Positions 16,466 through 24,607 are shown, numbered from the stretch's first letter. The stretch: DNA of 32,000 nt from Bifidobacterium longum subsp. longum JCM 1217 (GCF_000196555.1 NC_015067.1:2190001-2222000), one strand, 5' to 3'. A program made the numbers and translations. The notes: generated by a model from the sequence alone, not told the origin.

Positions 16466-16661
16466 CTTTGCAGGGGCTGATTTCACATGTTCCGGAGGTC
16501 TACTTCCGTTTCAAGGGGCTCCTCATCCGGTGAAGCACCGATACAAACGGCTTTGACGCAACGCTATTCCGCCATTTTGGCGGCGTATCTACTTGACCAT
16601 CAGCCCCTCGAAACGCAAGTAGACCTCCGGCAAACCCCAAATCAGCCCCTTGAAACGCGAG
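16466..16661. repeat. Four copies of a GCGTTTCRAGGGGCTGAT-like motif, including a 29-nt inverted repeat
   Basis: Arm 16492-16520 (ccggaggtctacttccgtttcaaggggct) versus the reverse complement of 16602-16630: 27/29 identical with an 81-nt spacer. Additional copies at 16468-16481 and 16641-16661. Small hairpin ccgccattttggcgg at 16569-16583. Confidence 0.55.
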
Positions 16662-16677
16662 ATGGCAGAATTTCAAC

Positions 16678-16725
16678 GAAAACAAATGAAAAGACCCTCT
16701 GCGGTGGAATGAATGCAGAGGGTCT
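16678..16725 (-). terminator. Terminator downstream of tRNA-Ala
   Basis: 11-bp stem, agaccctctgc (16692-16702) / gcagagggtct (16715-16725). On the minus strand it is followed by TTTTCATTTGTTTTC. Confidence 0.65.
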
Positions 16726-16727
16726 CG

Positions 16728-16800
16728 TGGAGCTGACGGTAGTCGAAACCGCGACCTCTTCGATGCGAACGAAGCGCTCTACCAACTGAGCTACAGCCCC
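16728..16800 (-). tRNA. tRNA-Ala (anticodon CGC)
   Basis: Minus strand: GGGGCTGTAGCTCAGTTGGTAGAGCGCTTCGTTCGCATCGAAGAGGTCGCGGTTTCGACTACCGTCAGCTCCA. Folds as a cloverleaf with the G3:U70 Ala identity pair, anticodon loop TTCGCAT and a GGTTCGA-type T-loop. CCA is not encoded. Confidence 0.95.
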
Positions 16801-16978
16801 TTGGATGTTACTTTGCTCCGCAAAGCAACTCGCAACAATATAGTACGGAGTACGGTCAAACGCAATTTGACGCCGAAGTGTCGCACGCGTGTCGACACGG
16901 TAACGTTTCGGTGTCGCAGACGGGGCAAGTCACCCACACCGCTCCGTATGGATACCGCGGCGGCACCCGGCAACGCCA

Positions 16979-18397
16979 TCACGTCTCCAGCACGCCCAAC
17001 ACCTTCTTCTCGTTGTAGAACGCGAACACGATGCCGCCCAAGCCGCACAGCACGGCCGCGCACACGGCGGCGATGCGGTAGCCCGCGCCGGACGCCATGC
17101 CGATGGTGGAGACGCCGGTGAACAGCAGCATGGCCACGGACTGGCCCATCTTCATCGCAAAGGTGCGGGCCGCGTAGAACATGCCCTGACGGTCCTGGCC
17201 GGTGGTCTTGGAACTGGCGTCGGCGATATTCGCCACGATGGCCTGCGGCAGGATGCCGAACGCGGCCATCGGAATCGCGCCGACCACCGAGAGCACCAAA
17301 CCCTGGGCCATCGCCGGAATGAAGCCGAGCACGGCCGAACCAAGGGCGCCGGCAAATGCGAACGCACAGGTGAAGATCACGAAGGCAACCAGCAGCAGCC
17401 TCTTCTTGCCGACCTTATTGGCCAGAATATTGACCGGCAGATAGAACAGCACAGAGACGCCGGTCATGAGCACGAAGTAGATGGTCGTGGTGGTTTCCGG
17501 CAGCTTGAGCAGGCTGGTCACGAAGAACGGCAGACCGGTCTGGAAGGTGGTGATGGCCACCCAGTAGACCACGTCGGAGCATACGAACTTGCGGAATTCG
17601 CCGTCGCCGAACGTCTGCTTCAGGGATTCGATGGTCGATTCGGAGGTGGGCTGGGAGTTGACGTAGTCCTTCTCGCGGATGGCCAGCGGCGGCACCAGCA
17701 TGCACACGAACGCCACGGCGGCCATGATGGTGAAGGTCACGCGGATGGCGGTGATGCGGCCCATCATCGGCACGAACGCGCCCCAAATCACCGGCGCCAC
17801 GTACGCGATGGCCGTGCCGGCCACCCAAGTGAAGGAGATGGCGGTGGAGATGGTGAGTTGCTGCTTGGAGTCGTGGCCGAGTTCGGCGATGAGCGCGTTG
17901 TACGGCGTGCAGTAGAACGTGAGGGCGATGTAGTAGCCGATCACGGTGACGAACAGGAACGCCGCGTTCACCCAGCTGGTGCCGTTGATCGGGCTCCAGA
18001 ACACGAGCACGGTGACCACCGCGAGCGGCAGGGCGGCAAATTTCAGGAACGGCATACGTCGTCCGGATTTGGCGTCGCAACGGTCGGAGAGGGACGCCAC
18101 GGCCGGGTCCACGAAGGCGTCGAAGAATCGGGCGAAGGCGGTGATGCCGCCCACCACGGTCACGATGCCGAGCACAACCAGGCCTTGCGGCACGAACACG
18201 GTCTGGCCTTGGGAGATGGCCTCCTGGTCGGGCTGATAGAAATACACGAGCCAGTTGGAGATAATGCCGGAAAGCAGTGCCCAGCCGAACTGGCCGACCG
18301 CAAACGCCCACACTTTGGCGATGGGGAGATCTCTGATGGCTGACTTCGCCGGTGCAACTTGCGCACCCGTTACACTTGCTGTAGTCGTATTGCCCAT
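16979..18397 (-). CDS. MFS transporter, glycoside-pentoside-hexuronide (GPH):cation symporter family
   Basis: 12-TM-like profile. The N-terminal KVWAFAVGQFGWALLSGIISNWLVYFY is typical of MelB/GPH symporters. The track start 18403 is a GTG. The ATG at 18397 has GGAGG 8 nt upstream. Confidence 0.9.
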   Translation of the reverse strand: MGNTTTASVTGAQVAPAKSAIRDLPIAKVWAFAVGQFGWALLSGIISNWLVYFYQPDQEAISQGQTVFVPQGLVVLGIVTVVGGITAFARFFDAFVDPAVASLSDRCDAKSGRRMPFLKFAALPLAVVTVLVFWSPINGTSWVNAAFLFVTVIGYYIALTFYCTPYNALIAELGHDSKQQLTISTAISFTWVAGTAIAYVAPVIWGAFVPMMGRITAIRVTFTIMAAVAFVCMLVPPLAIREKDYVNSQPTSESTIESLKQTFGDGEFRKFVCSDVVYWVAITTFQTGLPFFVTSLLKLPETTTTIYFVLMTGVSVLFYLPVNILANKVGKKRLLLVAFVIFTCAFAFAGALGSAVLGFIPAMAQGLVLSVVGAIPMAAFGILPQAIVANIADASSKTTGQDRQGMFYAARTFAMKMGQSVAMLLFTGVSTIGMASGAGYRIAAVCAAVLCGLGGIVFAFYNEKKVLGVLET

Positions 18398-18419
18398 TCT
18401 CACAACCTCCGAATCAACA

Positions 18420-18434
18420 TTGACACAGTGTCAA
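18420..18434. promoter_or_regulatory. Perfect 15-bp palindrome TTGACACAGTGTCAA in the divergent MFS/apbE promoter region
   Basis: 7-bp arms around a single central base. Lies 23 bp upstream of the MFS ATG and 24 bp upstream of the apbE ATG at 18458. Confidence 0.35.
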
Positions 18435-18457
18435 AATCCAGTATACACCGGCACACC

Positions 18458-19525
18458 ATGCGTTCTACGATAGTGGGCATGACAAGTCTGACCGAGCAAC
18501 TGCCATACGTATACGCTTTTCCTGATGCGTTGGGGACCGGATTACTGGTGCACACCGAGAGCGTATTGGACGATGAGATACGCGATCGTATTGGCTCGTT
18601 CATCCATGAATATGAGGTTGTATTATCTCGATTCCGCGATGATTCCATCGTCGGCCGGATGCGCACGGCCGCACATGGCGGCACGTTCGATTTTCCCGAC
18701 TGGGCATCGGGTCTGTTTGGCCTGTACGACCGCCTGCTTGCGGCAACCGATGGGGCGATCGACCCGTGCGTGGGCGAGGATTTGATTCGGCTTGGCTACG
18801 ACGAGTCGTATTCGTTTGCGGCTACGCCCGATGCCGCCGAACATGCAGGCGCGATCCACGGACGAGCCGTTTGGTCAGCCGACGTTGAGCGGCACGGCAC
18901 CACACTTATCACCCACAGCCCAGTCGCGCTCGATTTCGGTGCGTGCGGTAAGGGGTATTTGGTGGATTTGCTTGCGGGGATGTTGGGTGATGGCGCGGGC
19001 CACCCTCAACCCATTCAATACGTCATCGACGCCGGGGGTGATTTGCTAGTGCACACGGACGAACCAATCACCATCGCCCTTGAAGATCCTGCCGATCCGG
19101 CCAACGCCGTAGGCGCGGTCGAAATCAGCCAAGGTGCATTCTGCGCGAGCTCCCCCAGCCGCCGCCACTGGTCTGACGCCGCAGGTCACCAACTTCACCA
19201 TCTGCTCAACGCCATCGACGGACTACCGGTTGACGATGTAGCCGCCACATGGGTGGCCGTCACGCCGCCATCGAGCACCATAACCACGAAGACATCGACG
19301 CATGGCAGCAATGCCTCGACAACGGCAAACCGCGATACCGACGATTCGTCGAACACCGTTGCAGCACACGTCCCTGTCACACTGGCCGACGGACTCGCCA
19401 CAGCCCTGTTCACTACCTCGGCCGCCCAGTTACGCGCTCACTTCGATTTCGAATGCGCCATCCTCAACGCCAATCGTGCCGCCGCACAATCCCCCAATTT
19501 TCCGGGCGGTTTTTTCACACACTAA
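18458..19525 (+). CDS. apbE: FAD:protein FMN transferase (ApbE family)
   Basis: LSRFRDDSIVGRMR, ALDFGACGKGYLVDLLAG and VIDAGGDL motifs. The track ORF starts at a TTG (18359) overlapping the MFS gene. In-frame ATGs at 18458 and 18479 are more plausible. Confidence 0.85.
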   Translation: MRSTIVGMTSLTEQLPYVYAFPDALGTGLLVHTESVLDDEIRDRIGSFIHEYEVVLSRFRDDSIVGRMRTAAHGGTFDFPDWASGLFGLYDRLLAATDGAIDPCVGEDLIRLGYDESYSFAATPDAAEHAGAIHGRAVWSADVERHGTTLITHSPVALDFGACGKGYLVDLLAGMLGDGAGHPQPIQYVIDAGGDLLVHTDEPITIALEDPADPANAVGAVEISQGAFCASSPSRRHWSDAAGHQLHHLLNAIDGLPVDDVAATWVAVTPPSSTITTKTSTHGSNASTTANRDTDDSSNTVAAHVPVTLADGLATALFTTSAAQLRAHFDFECAILNANRAAAQSPNFPGGFFTH

Positions 19526-19584
19526 TGTACGAAATCATCAGTATCACATCCAGTGGAGCATTCCCTCGGGTGGACCGATGGGTT

Positions 19585-19631
19585 GCTCCCCTCAGTCAGC
19601 TACGCTGACAGCTCCCCTCGGAGAGGGGAGC
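19585..19631. repeat. REP-like GC-rich palindromic element between convergent apbE and ABC genes
   Basis: gctcccctcagtcagctacgctgacagctcccctcggagaggggagc. Contains a gtcagc/gctgac hairpin and a perfect 9-bp hairpin, gctcccctc-gga-gaggggagc (19611-19631). No U-tract on either strand. The 16-mer cccctcagtcagct..gctg recurs at 21597-21616. Confidence 0.55.
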
Positions 19632-19676
19632 CGAGTATAGCTAATCCGCTAATCCGCTAACGCAGGAAACAATCCG

Positions 19677-21506
19677 TCAGTCAGCGAGCGCGAACTGGCT
19701 GTTGTAGAGGTCGGCGTAAAAACCGCCCGCCGCCAGCAGTTCGTCGTGCGTGCCGCGCTCGATCACGTCGCCGTGGTTCATGACGAGGATCATGTCGGCG
19801 TCGCGAATCGTGGAGAGGCGATGCGCGATCACAAAGCTCGTACGGCCCACGGTCAGCGCATCCATGGCCTTCTGAATCAGCTCTTCAGTACGGGTATCGA
19901 CCGAGGAGGTGGCCTCGTCGAGAATCAGAATCGGCGCGTCCTGCACCATCGCGCGGGCGATGGTCAGCAGCTGCTTCTGGCCCTGGGAGAGCGACGACTT
20001 GTCGTCGAGCACGGTGTCATAGCCGTCCGGCAGCGAGCGGATGAAGTGGTCGAGGCCCACGGCCTTGCACGCATCCTCGATCTGCTTGTCGGTCACGCCG
20101 GGCTTGGAGTAGGCGATGTTCTCGCGCACAGTGCCGCGGAACACCCACGTATCCTGCAGCACCATGGAGAACTGGTCGTGCACGTTCCAGCGCGGCACGG
20201 ACTTGGTGTCCACGCCGTCGATCGCGATCGAGCCGCCGGAAATCTCATAGAAGCGCATGAGCAGGTTGACCATGGTGGTCTTGCCGGCACCGGTCGGGCC
20301 GACGATGGCAACCTTCTGCCCGGCCTTGACGGAGGCGGAGAAGTCGTGGATGATCGGCTTGCCCGGTTCGTAGCCGAACTGTACGTGGCTGAATTCCACG
20401 TCGCCCTTCACTTCGTGGCCGTTGGTCCCAAGCAAAGCGGACTTGCCGGATTCGTCCTCCATCTCCGGCTCCTCAAGGAAGCCGAACACGCGTTCGGCGG
20501 CCGCCGCGCAACGCTGCAGGTTCTGGAAGGCCTGGGCGAACTGCGCCAACGGCTGGGTGAACAGGCGGACATACATCATGAACGCCACGATCACGCCGAA
20601 CTCGATCTGCCCGTCGAGCGCGAGCGCCGCGCCCACCACGCACACCACCACGTAGCCGAAGTTGCCCACGAAATTCATGAGCGGCATCATCAGGCCGGAG
20701 AGGAACTGCGACTTCCAGCCGGACTCGTAGAGGTCCGAGTTGTACTTCTCGAAGCGACGAATCGAATCGGCCTCGCCGTTGTATGCCTTGACGATGAGGT
20801 GACCGGCGTACATCTCCTCCACGTGGCCGTTGACGTCACCCAGCGCCATCTGCTGCCGGGCGAAGTACTTCTGGGAGGACTTCATGATGGCCATCATGAT
20901 GATCAGGCCGATGAGGCTGGCACCGATGGCGCACAGGGTCATGATCACGTTGTTGTAGAACATCATCACCAGCGCGCCCACGAACAGCGTCACCGAGGTA
21001 ATCAGCGAGCCGAGCGACTGGCCCAGCGTCTGGCCGATGGCGTCCACATCGTTGGTTATGCGCGACAGCACGTCGCCGTAGCTAACCTTGTCGAAGTATT
21101 TGAGCGGCAGTTTGTTGATTTTGACCGAGATGGACTCGCGCAGTCGCTGGGCGGTGCGCTGGGTGACGTTGGCCATCATCCAGCTTTGCACGTAGCCGAG
21201 CACGGCGTAGCCCACGTACAGGGCCACCAAAGTCCAGGCGATGTGGCCCACCGTGCCGAAATCTACCGAGTTCATCACCGGTCTGCCGTTAACGATGGCG
21301 GGCAGACCTTTGACGATCTCGTTGGTCATGTCCTTGAGCTTGTCCGGGCCGACGATCTGGCAGACGGTGCCGGCCGCGCCCAGGATGAGCGCGATGATGA
21401 TGACGGGAAGATAGTTGCGGCAGTAGTTCACGAGTTTGCCCATGACTTTGCCGAAATCATGGGGCTTTTCGACGGCACGCCTGCCGCCCATTGGTCCTCT
21501 TGGCAT
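19677..21506 (-). CDS. ABC exporter permease/ATPase subunit (consensus Walker B Glu and H-loop; degenerate signature LSQGQ)
   Basis: 609 aa comprising a TMD and an NBD with GPTGAGKTT, LSQGQKQ, ILILDEATSSVD and FVIAHRLSTI. AAGGAG lies 9 nt upstream of the ATG. Confidence 0.95.
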   Translation of the reverse strand: MPRGPMGGRRAVEKPHDFGKVMGKLVNYCRNYLPVIIIALILGAAGTVCQIVGPDKLKDMTNEIVKGLPAIVNGRPVMNSVDFGTVGHIAWTLVALYVGYAVLGYVQSWMMANVTQRTAQRLRESISVKINKLPLKYFDKVSYGDVLSRITNDVDAIGQTLGQSLGSLITSVTLFVGALVMMFYNNVIMTLCAIGASLIGLIIMMAIMKSSQKYFARQQMALGDVNGHVEEMYAGHLIVKAYNGEADSIRRFEKYNSDLYESGWKSQFLSGLMMPLMNFVGNFGYVVVCVVGAALALDGQIEFGVIVAFMMYVRLFTQPLAQFAQAFQNLQRCAAAAERVFGFLEEPEMEDESGKSALLGTNGHEVKGDVEFSHVQFGYEPGKPIIHDFSASVKAGQKVAIVGPTGAGKTTMVNLLMRFYEISGGSIAIDGVDTKSVPRWNVHDQFSMVLQDTWVFRGTVRENIAYSKPGVTDKQIEDACKAVGLDHFIRSLPDGYDTVLDDKSSLSQGQKQLLTIARAMVQDAPILILDEATSSVDTRTEELIQKAMDALTVGRTSFVIAHRLSTIRDADMILVMNHGDVIERGTHDELLAAGGFYADLYNSQFALAD

Positions 21507-21535
21507 TTGTTTTACTCCTTAAAAGTCCGTATTGA

Positions 21536-21716
21536 CCTCCCTCTGATGAGGGAGGTGGCGCGAAGCGCCGGAGGGAGAGAAGCCGTACGCGACTACCCCT
21601 CAGTCAGCTGTGCTGTTTTATTCGCTCGCTTATCAGCTCGTCTTCGCCTGGGAACAGCCCACTGGGCTGTTCCCTTTACGGCTCAGCCCCTGACATGGGG
21701 AGCTACCGCTGCCGCC
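21536..21716. repeat. Composite REP-like palindromic elements in the intercistronic gap of the ABC operon
   Basis: Hairpins cctccctc-tgat-gagggagg (21536-21555), ggcgc-gaa-gcgcc (21557-21569) and gggaacagccc-act-gggctgttccc (21650-21674), plus cccctcagtcagctgtgctg (21597-21616). Confidence 0.55.
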
Positions 21717-21719
21717 CCC

Positions 21720-23591
21720 CTATGCCGTAAGCTCCGACTGGCTGAGCTGGGATTCGGCGATCTGGCGGTATACGTCGCAGTTGTCGAGCAGTTCCTTGTG
21801 CGTGCCCTGACCCACGACCTTGCCGTCGTCGAGCACGACGATGCGGTCGGCGTTCATGATGGTGCCGATGCGCTGGGCCACGATGAGCTTGGTGGAATCC
21901 TTGGCCTCGCGGGCGAGCGCGTCGCGCACTTCGCGGTCGGTCTTGAAGTCGAGCGCGGAGAACGAGTCGTCGAAAATCAGGATTTCCGGGTGACGGTACA
22001 CCGCGCGCGCAATCGACAGGCGCTGCTTCTGGCCGCCGGACACGTTCGATCCGCCTTGGGCGATCGCGGCGGAATACCCGCCGTCCATGCGCGCCACGAA
22101 CTCGCTGGCCTGCGCCACGTCGGCGGCGGCCTTGACGCGATTCAGCTGCTCGGCCGGTATATCGGCACCTTCCGCGGCCTCGCCAGCGGCGATCAACGCG
22201 GCCTCGCGCTTGCGCCCGGCCGGGGTGGAGGTATCGGCCATCTCGACCTCCGCCGGGTCGCCCGGCTGATCGCCGTAGCTCACGTTGGAGGCCACGGTGC
22301 CCTTGAACAGCACGGACTGCTGCGGCACGTAGCCGATCTTGTCGCGCAGGGCCTTCAGGTCGTAGTCGCGCACGTCCACGCCGTCGACCAACACCTGGCC
22401 TTGGCTGGTGTCATAGAAGCGCGGCACGAGATTGATAAGAGACGACTTGCCGGAGCCGGTGGAGCCGATGAACGCCACCGTCTGGCCCTGCTCGGCGGTG
22501 AAGTTGATGCCTTCCAGCATCGCCTCGCGCGAATCCGGGTAGGTGAAGCTGACGTTGCGGAATTCCACGGTGCCCCTCTGGCCGGTTTTGGCCACGTCGG
22601 CGGCGGTTTTGGTGCCGTTCTCGACGATTGGCTCAGTGTCGAGTACCTCCATGATGCGCTGCGCGGACACGTCGGCGCGCGGCCAGAGCACGAACACCAT
22701 GCTCATGAGCAGGAAGCTCATGATGACCTGCACGGAGTAGTTGGAGAACACCACCATGTTGGAGAACACGGTGAGCTTGTCCTTGAGCCCGGCGGCATCG
22801 ATCAGGTAGGTACCGATCCAGTAGACGGCAAGCATCAGACCGTTCATGATGGTGTTCATCAGCGGCATCATGAACGCCATGACGCGGTTGGTGAACAGCT
22901 GGGTGTCGGTGAGGTCCTTGTTGGCCTTGGTGAATTTGGCTTCCTGGTAGTCCTCGGCGTTGTAGGCGCGCACCACACGCAGGCCGGTGAGGTTCTCGCG
23001 GGCCACGAGGTTGATGTTGTCGGTCAGGGCCTGCATGGCCTTGAATTTCGGCATGACCATGGCCATCATGATGACGATGGCCGCCAGCAGAATCACTACG
23101 GCGATTCCGGTGGCGAGCGTCCATTCGAAGCCTTCGCCGGCGATCTTGCACACGGCCCATACTGCCATAATCGGCGATTTGACGATGAGCTGCAGACCCA
23201 TGGTGATGAACATCTGCACCTGCGTGACGTCGTTGGTGGAGCGGGTGATGAGGCTGGCGGTGGAGAACTTGCTCATTTCGGCCGGGCCGAAGGACTCGAC
23301 CTTGCGGAATTCGAGCGAGCGCAGACGCTGGGTGAACGAGGCCGCCACGCGCGCAGCGATGTAGCCGGTGATGATGGCACACGCCGCGGATCCGAGCGAG
23401 ATGAGCAGCATCTTGCCGCCGGCAATCCAAATGTCCTTCATGTGGCTGCCCGGCGTTTCGACCAGCGTGGTGATGTCTGACATATAGTCGGGCAGTTTCA
23501 GGTCGAAGTAGACCTGCCCGACGATGGTCACCAGAGCGATGAGCATCTGACCGATCTCCGCTTTGGAGAGGTATTTCATGATGCGAAGCAT
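21720..23591 (-). CDS. ABC exporter permease/ATPase subunit (degenerate Walker B Asp and H-loop Gln; consensus signature VSGGQ)
   Basis: 623 aa with GSTGSGKSS, VSGGQKQRLSIARA, ILIFDDSFSALD and LIVAQRIGTI. AAGGGG lies 7 nt upstream of the ATG. Confidence 0.95.
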   Translation of the reverse strand: MLRIMKYLSKAEIGQMLIALVTIVGQVYFDLKLPDYMSDITTLVETPGSHMKDIWIAGGKMLLISLGSAACAIITGYIAARVAASFTQRLRSLEFRKVESFGPAEMSKFSTASLITRSTNDVTQVQMFITMGLQLIVKSPIMAVWAVCKIAGEGFEWTLATGIAVVILLAAIVIMMAMVMPKFKAMQALTDNINLVARENLTGLRVVRAYNAEDYQEAKFTKANKDLTDTQLFTNRVMAFMMPLMNTIMNGLMLAVYWIGTYLIDAAGLKDKLTVFSNMVVFSNYSVQVIMSFLLMSMVFVLWPRADVSAQRIMEVLDTEPIVENGTKTAADVAKTGQRGTVEFRNVSFTYPDSREAMLEGINFTAEQGQTVAFIGSTGSGKSSLINLVPRFYDTSQGQVLVDGVDVRDYDLKALRDKIGYVPQQSVLFKGTVASNVSYGDQPGDPAEVEMADTSTPAGRKREAALIAAGEAAEGADIPAEQLNRVKAAADVAQASEFVARMDGGYSAAIAQGGSNVSGGQKQRLSIARAVYRHPEILIFDDSFSALDFKTDREVRDALAREAKDSTKLIVAQRIGTIMNADRIVVLDDGKVVGQGTHKELLDNCDVYRQIAESQLSQSELTA

Positions 23592-23687
23592 TGGTTTCCC
23601 CTTGTGTTGGTTGGGTTGGTTATTGGTTATTGACGATTGGTTCTTAAGTTGGCTGGGTTATCGGCGATTATCGGTTCACGATGTCTT

Positions 23688-23700
23688 AATAGTTTCTATT
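23688..23700. promoter_or_regulatory. MarR-operator candidate AATAGTTTCTATT
   Basis: 5-bp arm palindrome in the marR-ABC intergenic region. The 11-mer aatagtttcta recurs, reverse-complemented, at 24382-24395. Confidence 0.3.
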
Positions 23701-23777
23701 GTTTGATTACTTACACTGTGAGATATTACGCGCACTTCTGCATGTTCGCTGTGAGCGTCCTCAATTAGCCTTGCCGA

Positions 23778-24320
23778 TTAGTTCTCCGCGCGCTTAGCTG
23801 CCATGTGTTCAGCCACGCGCTTGCCCCGCTCCACGAATGCCTCACGCACCTGTTCAGCAGTCGGCCGAGGCTGTCCCGGATGGCAAATCGACATATATGT
23901 GGTGAACTCAGACACCAGGTCAACGAATTCGCGCGTGCGCCGCTCCCCCATTTGCGAGAAAATCCAGCAAATCGCGGAACGCATTTCCTCTATCATCCGA
24001 TGAGACTGCTCGCGCCCGGAATCAGTAAGATTCACGCGAATGATGCGCCGATCTTTGGGGTCAATGTCACGCGTGACCCAGCCCTTCTTCTCCAGAGACG
24101 ACAGCACGGTGGAGATACGTCCGGAGCTTGCTTGCAGCGCCGATGCCAATTGCGATGGCGTTTGCGTCCCCTTCATGGACAGCTCCCGGAGCACGAACTG
24201 CTCACCATGGGCTCCACGAGTGAATTCCCTCTGCATTGTCGAACGATTGCCCCACACGCTGGCATACAGTTCACTAACTGCTTCCTGCTCAAATCCCATA
24301 AGAGCACCATCCATTCCCAT
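23778..24320 (-). CDS. MarR-family transcriptional regulator
   Basis: Winged-helix core FVLRELSMKGTQTPSQLASALQASSGRISTVLSSLEKKGWVTRDIDPKDRRIIRVNLTDSG. The track ORF starts at 24380 with an implausible Cys-rich leader. In-frame ATGs lie at 24320, 24314 and 24299. The start is uncertain. Confidence 0.85.
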   Translation of the reverse strand: MGMDGALMGFEQEAVSELYASVWGNRSTMQREFTRGAHGEQFVLRELSMKGTQTPSQLASALQASSGRISTVLSSLEKKGWVTRDIDPKDRRIIRVNLTDSGREQSHRMIEEMRSAICWIFSQMGERRTREFVDLVSEFTTYMSICHPGQPRPTAEQVREAFVERGKRVAEHMAAKRAEN

Positions 24321-24381
24321 TCGCCACACGGCAGAGCACCGCAAACACCCCAAGAATATCTCACACCGTAAACAATTCATT

Positions 24382-24395
24382 ACTAGAAACTATTT
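24382..24395. promoter_or_regulatory. Second copy of the MarR-operator candidate (ACTAGAAACTATTT)
   Basis: Its reverse complement, aaatagtttctagt, shares aatagtttcta with 23688-23698. Lies upstream of the marR gene. Confidence 0.3.
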
Positions 24396-24607
24396 TTGGA
24401 ACGCATAATGCACACACTCCACGCTCTTTGATATTCTGAAAGCCGCATAGATATTCACTTCGGGGCGTCGTCTAAGAATATTTGCTGGGCCAACGGTAGC
24501 GACGTTGGCATTGTGCTCCATGAGGTATCTGGTCGAAAAGGCGGACGAAGACAGACCAGTTGGGCGGAGCGCGCCCATACCTCAAAACCATTGCAATTAT
24601 TGGCTTT

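Noticed and set aside
16466-16661. Possible CRISPR-like array (also considered for 11348-11592 and 21536-21716)
   Set aside because: The repeats are in mixed orientation, imperfect, irregularly spaced and few in number. No cas genes are present. They fit REP/MITE-like palindromic elements rather than CRISPR.
16728-16800. tRNA-Ala as an integration site for a genomic island
   Set aside because: I found no direct repeat of the tRNA 3' end and no integrase nearby. The flanking gene rsmI is a core gene.
17415-18311. 298-aa alternative-frame minus ORF inside the MFS gene
   Set aside because: The Arg/Pro/His-rich out-of-frame translation has no transmembrane character, whereas the 16979-18397 frame gives a coherent GPH symporter.
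19746-23480. 1244-aa plus-strand ORF across both ABC exporter genes
   Set aside because: It is antisense to two genes with complete Walker A, signature and Walker B motifs, and it even reads through the REP-like intergenic gap. No domain-like sequence. A high-GC artefact.
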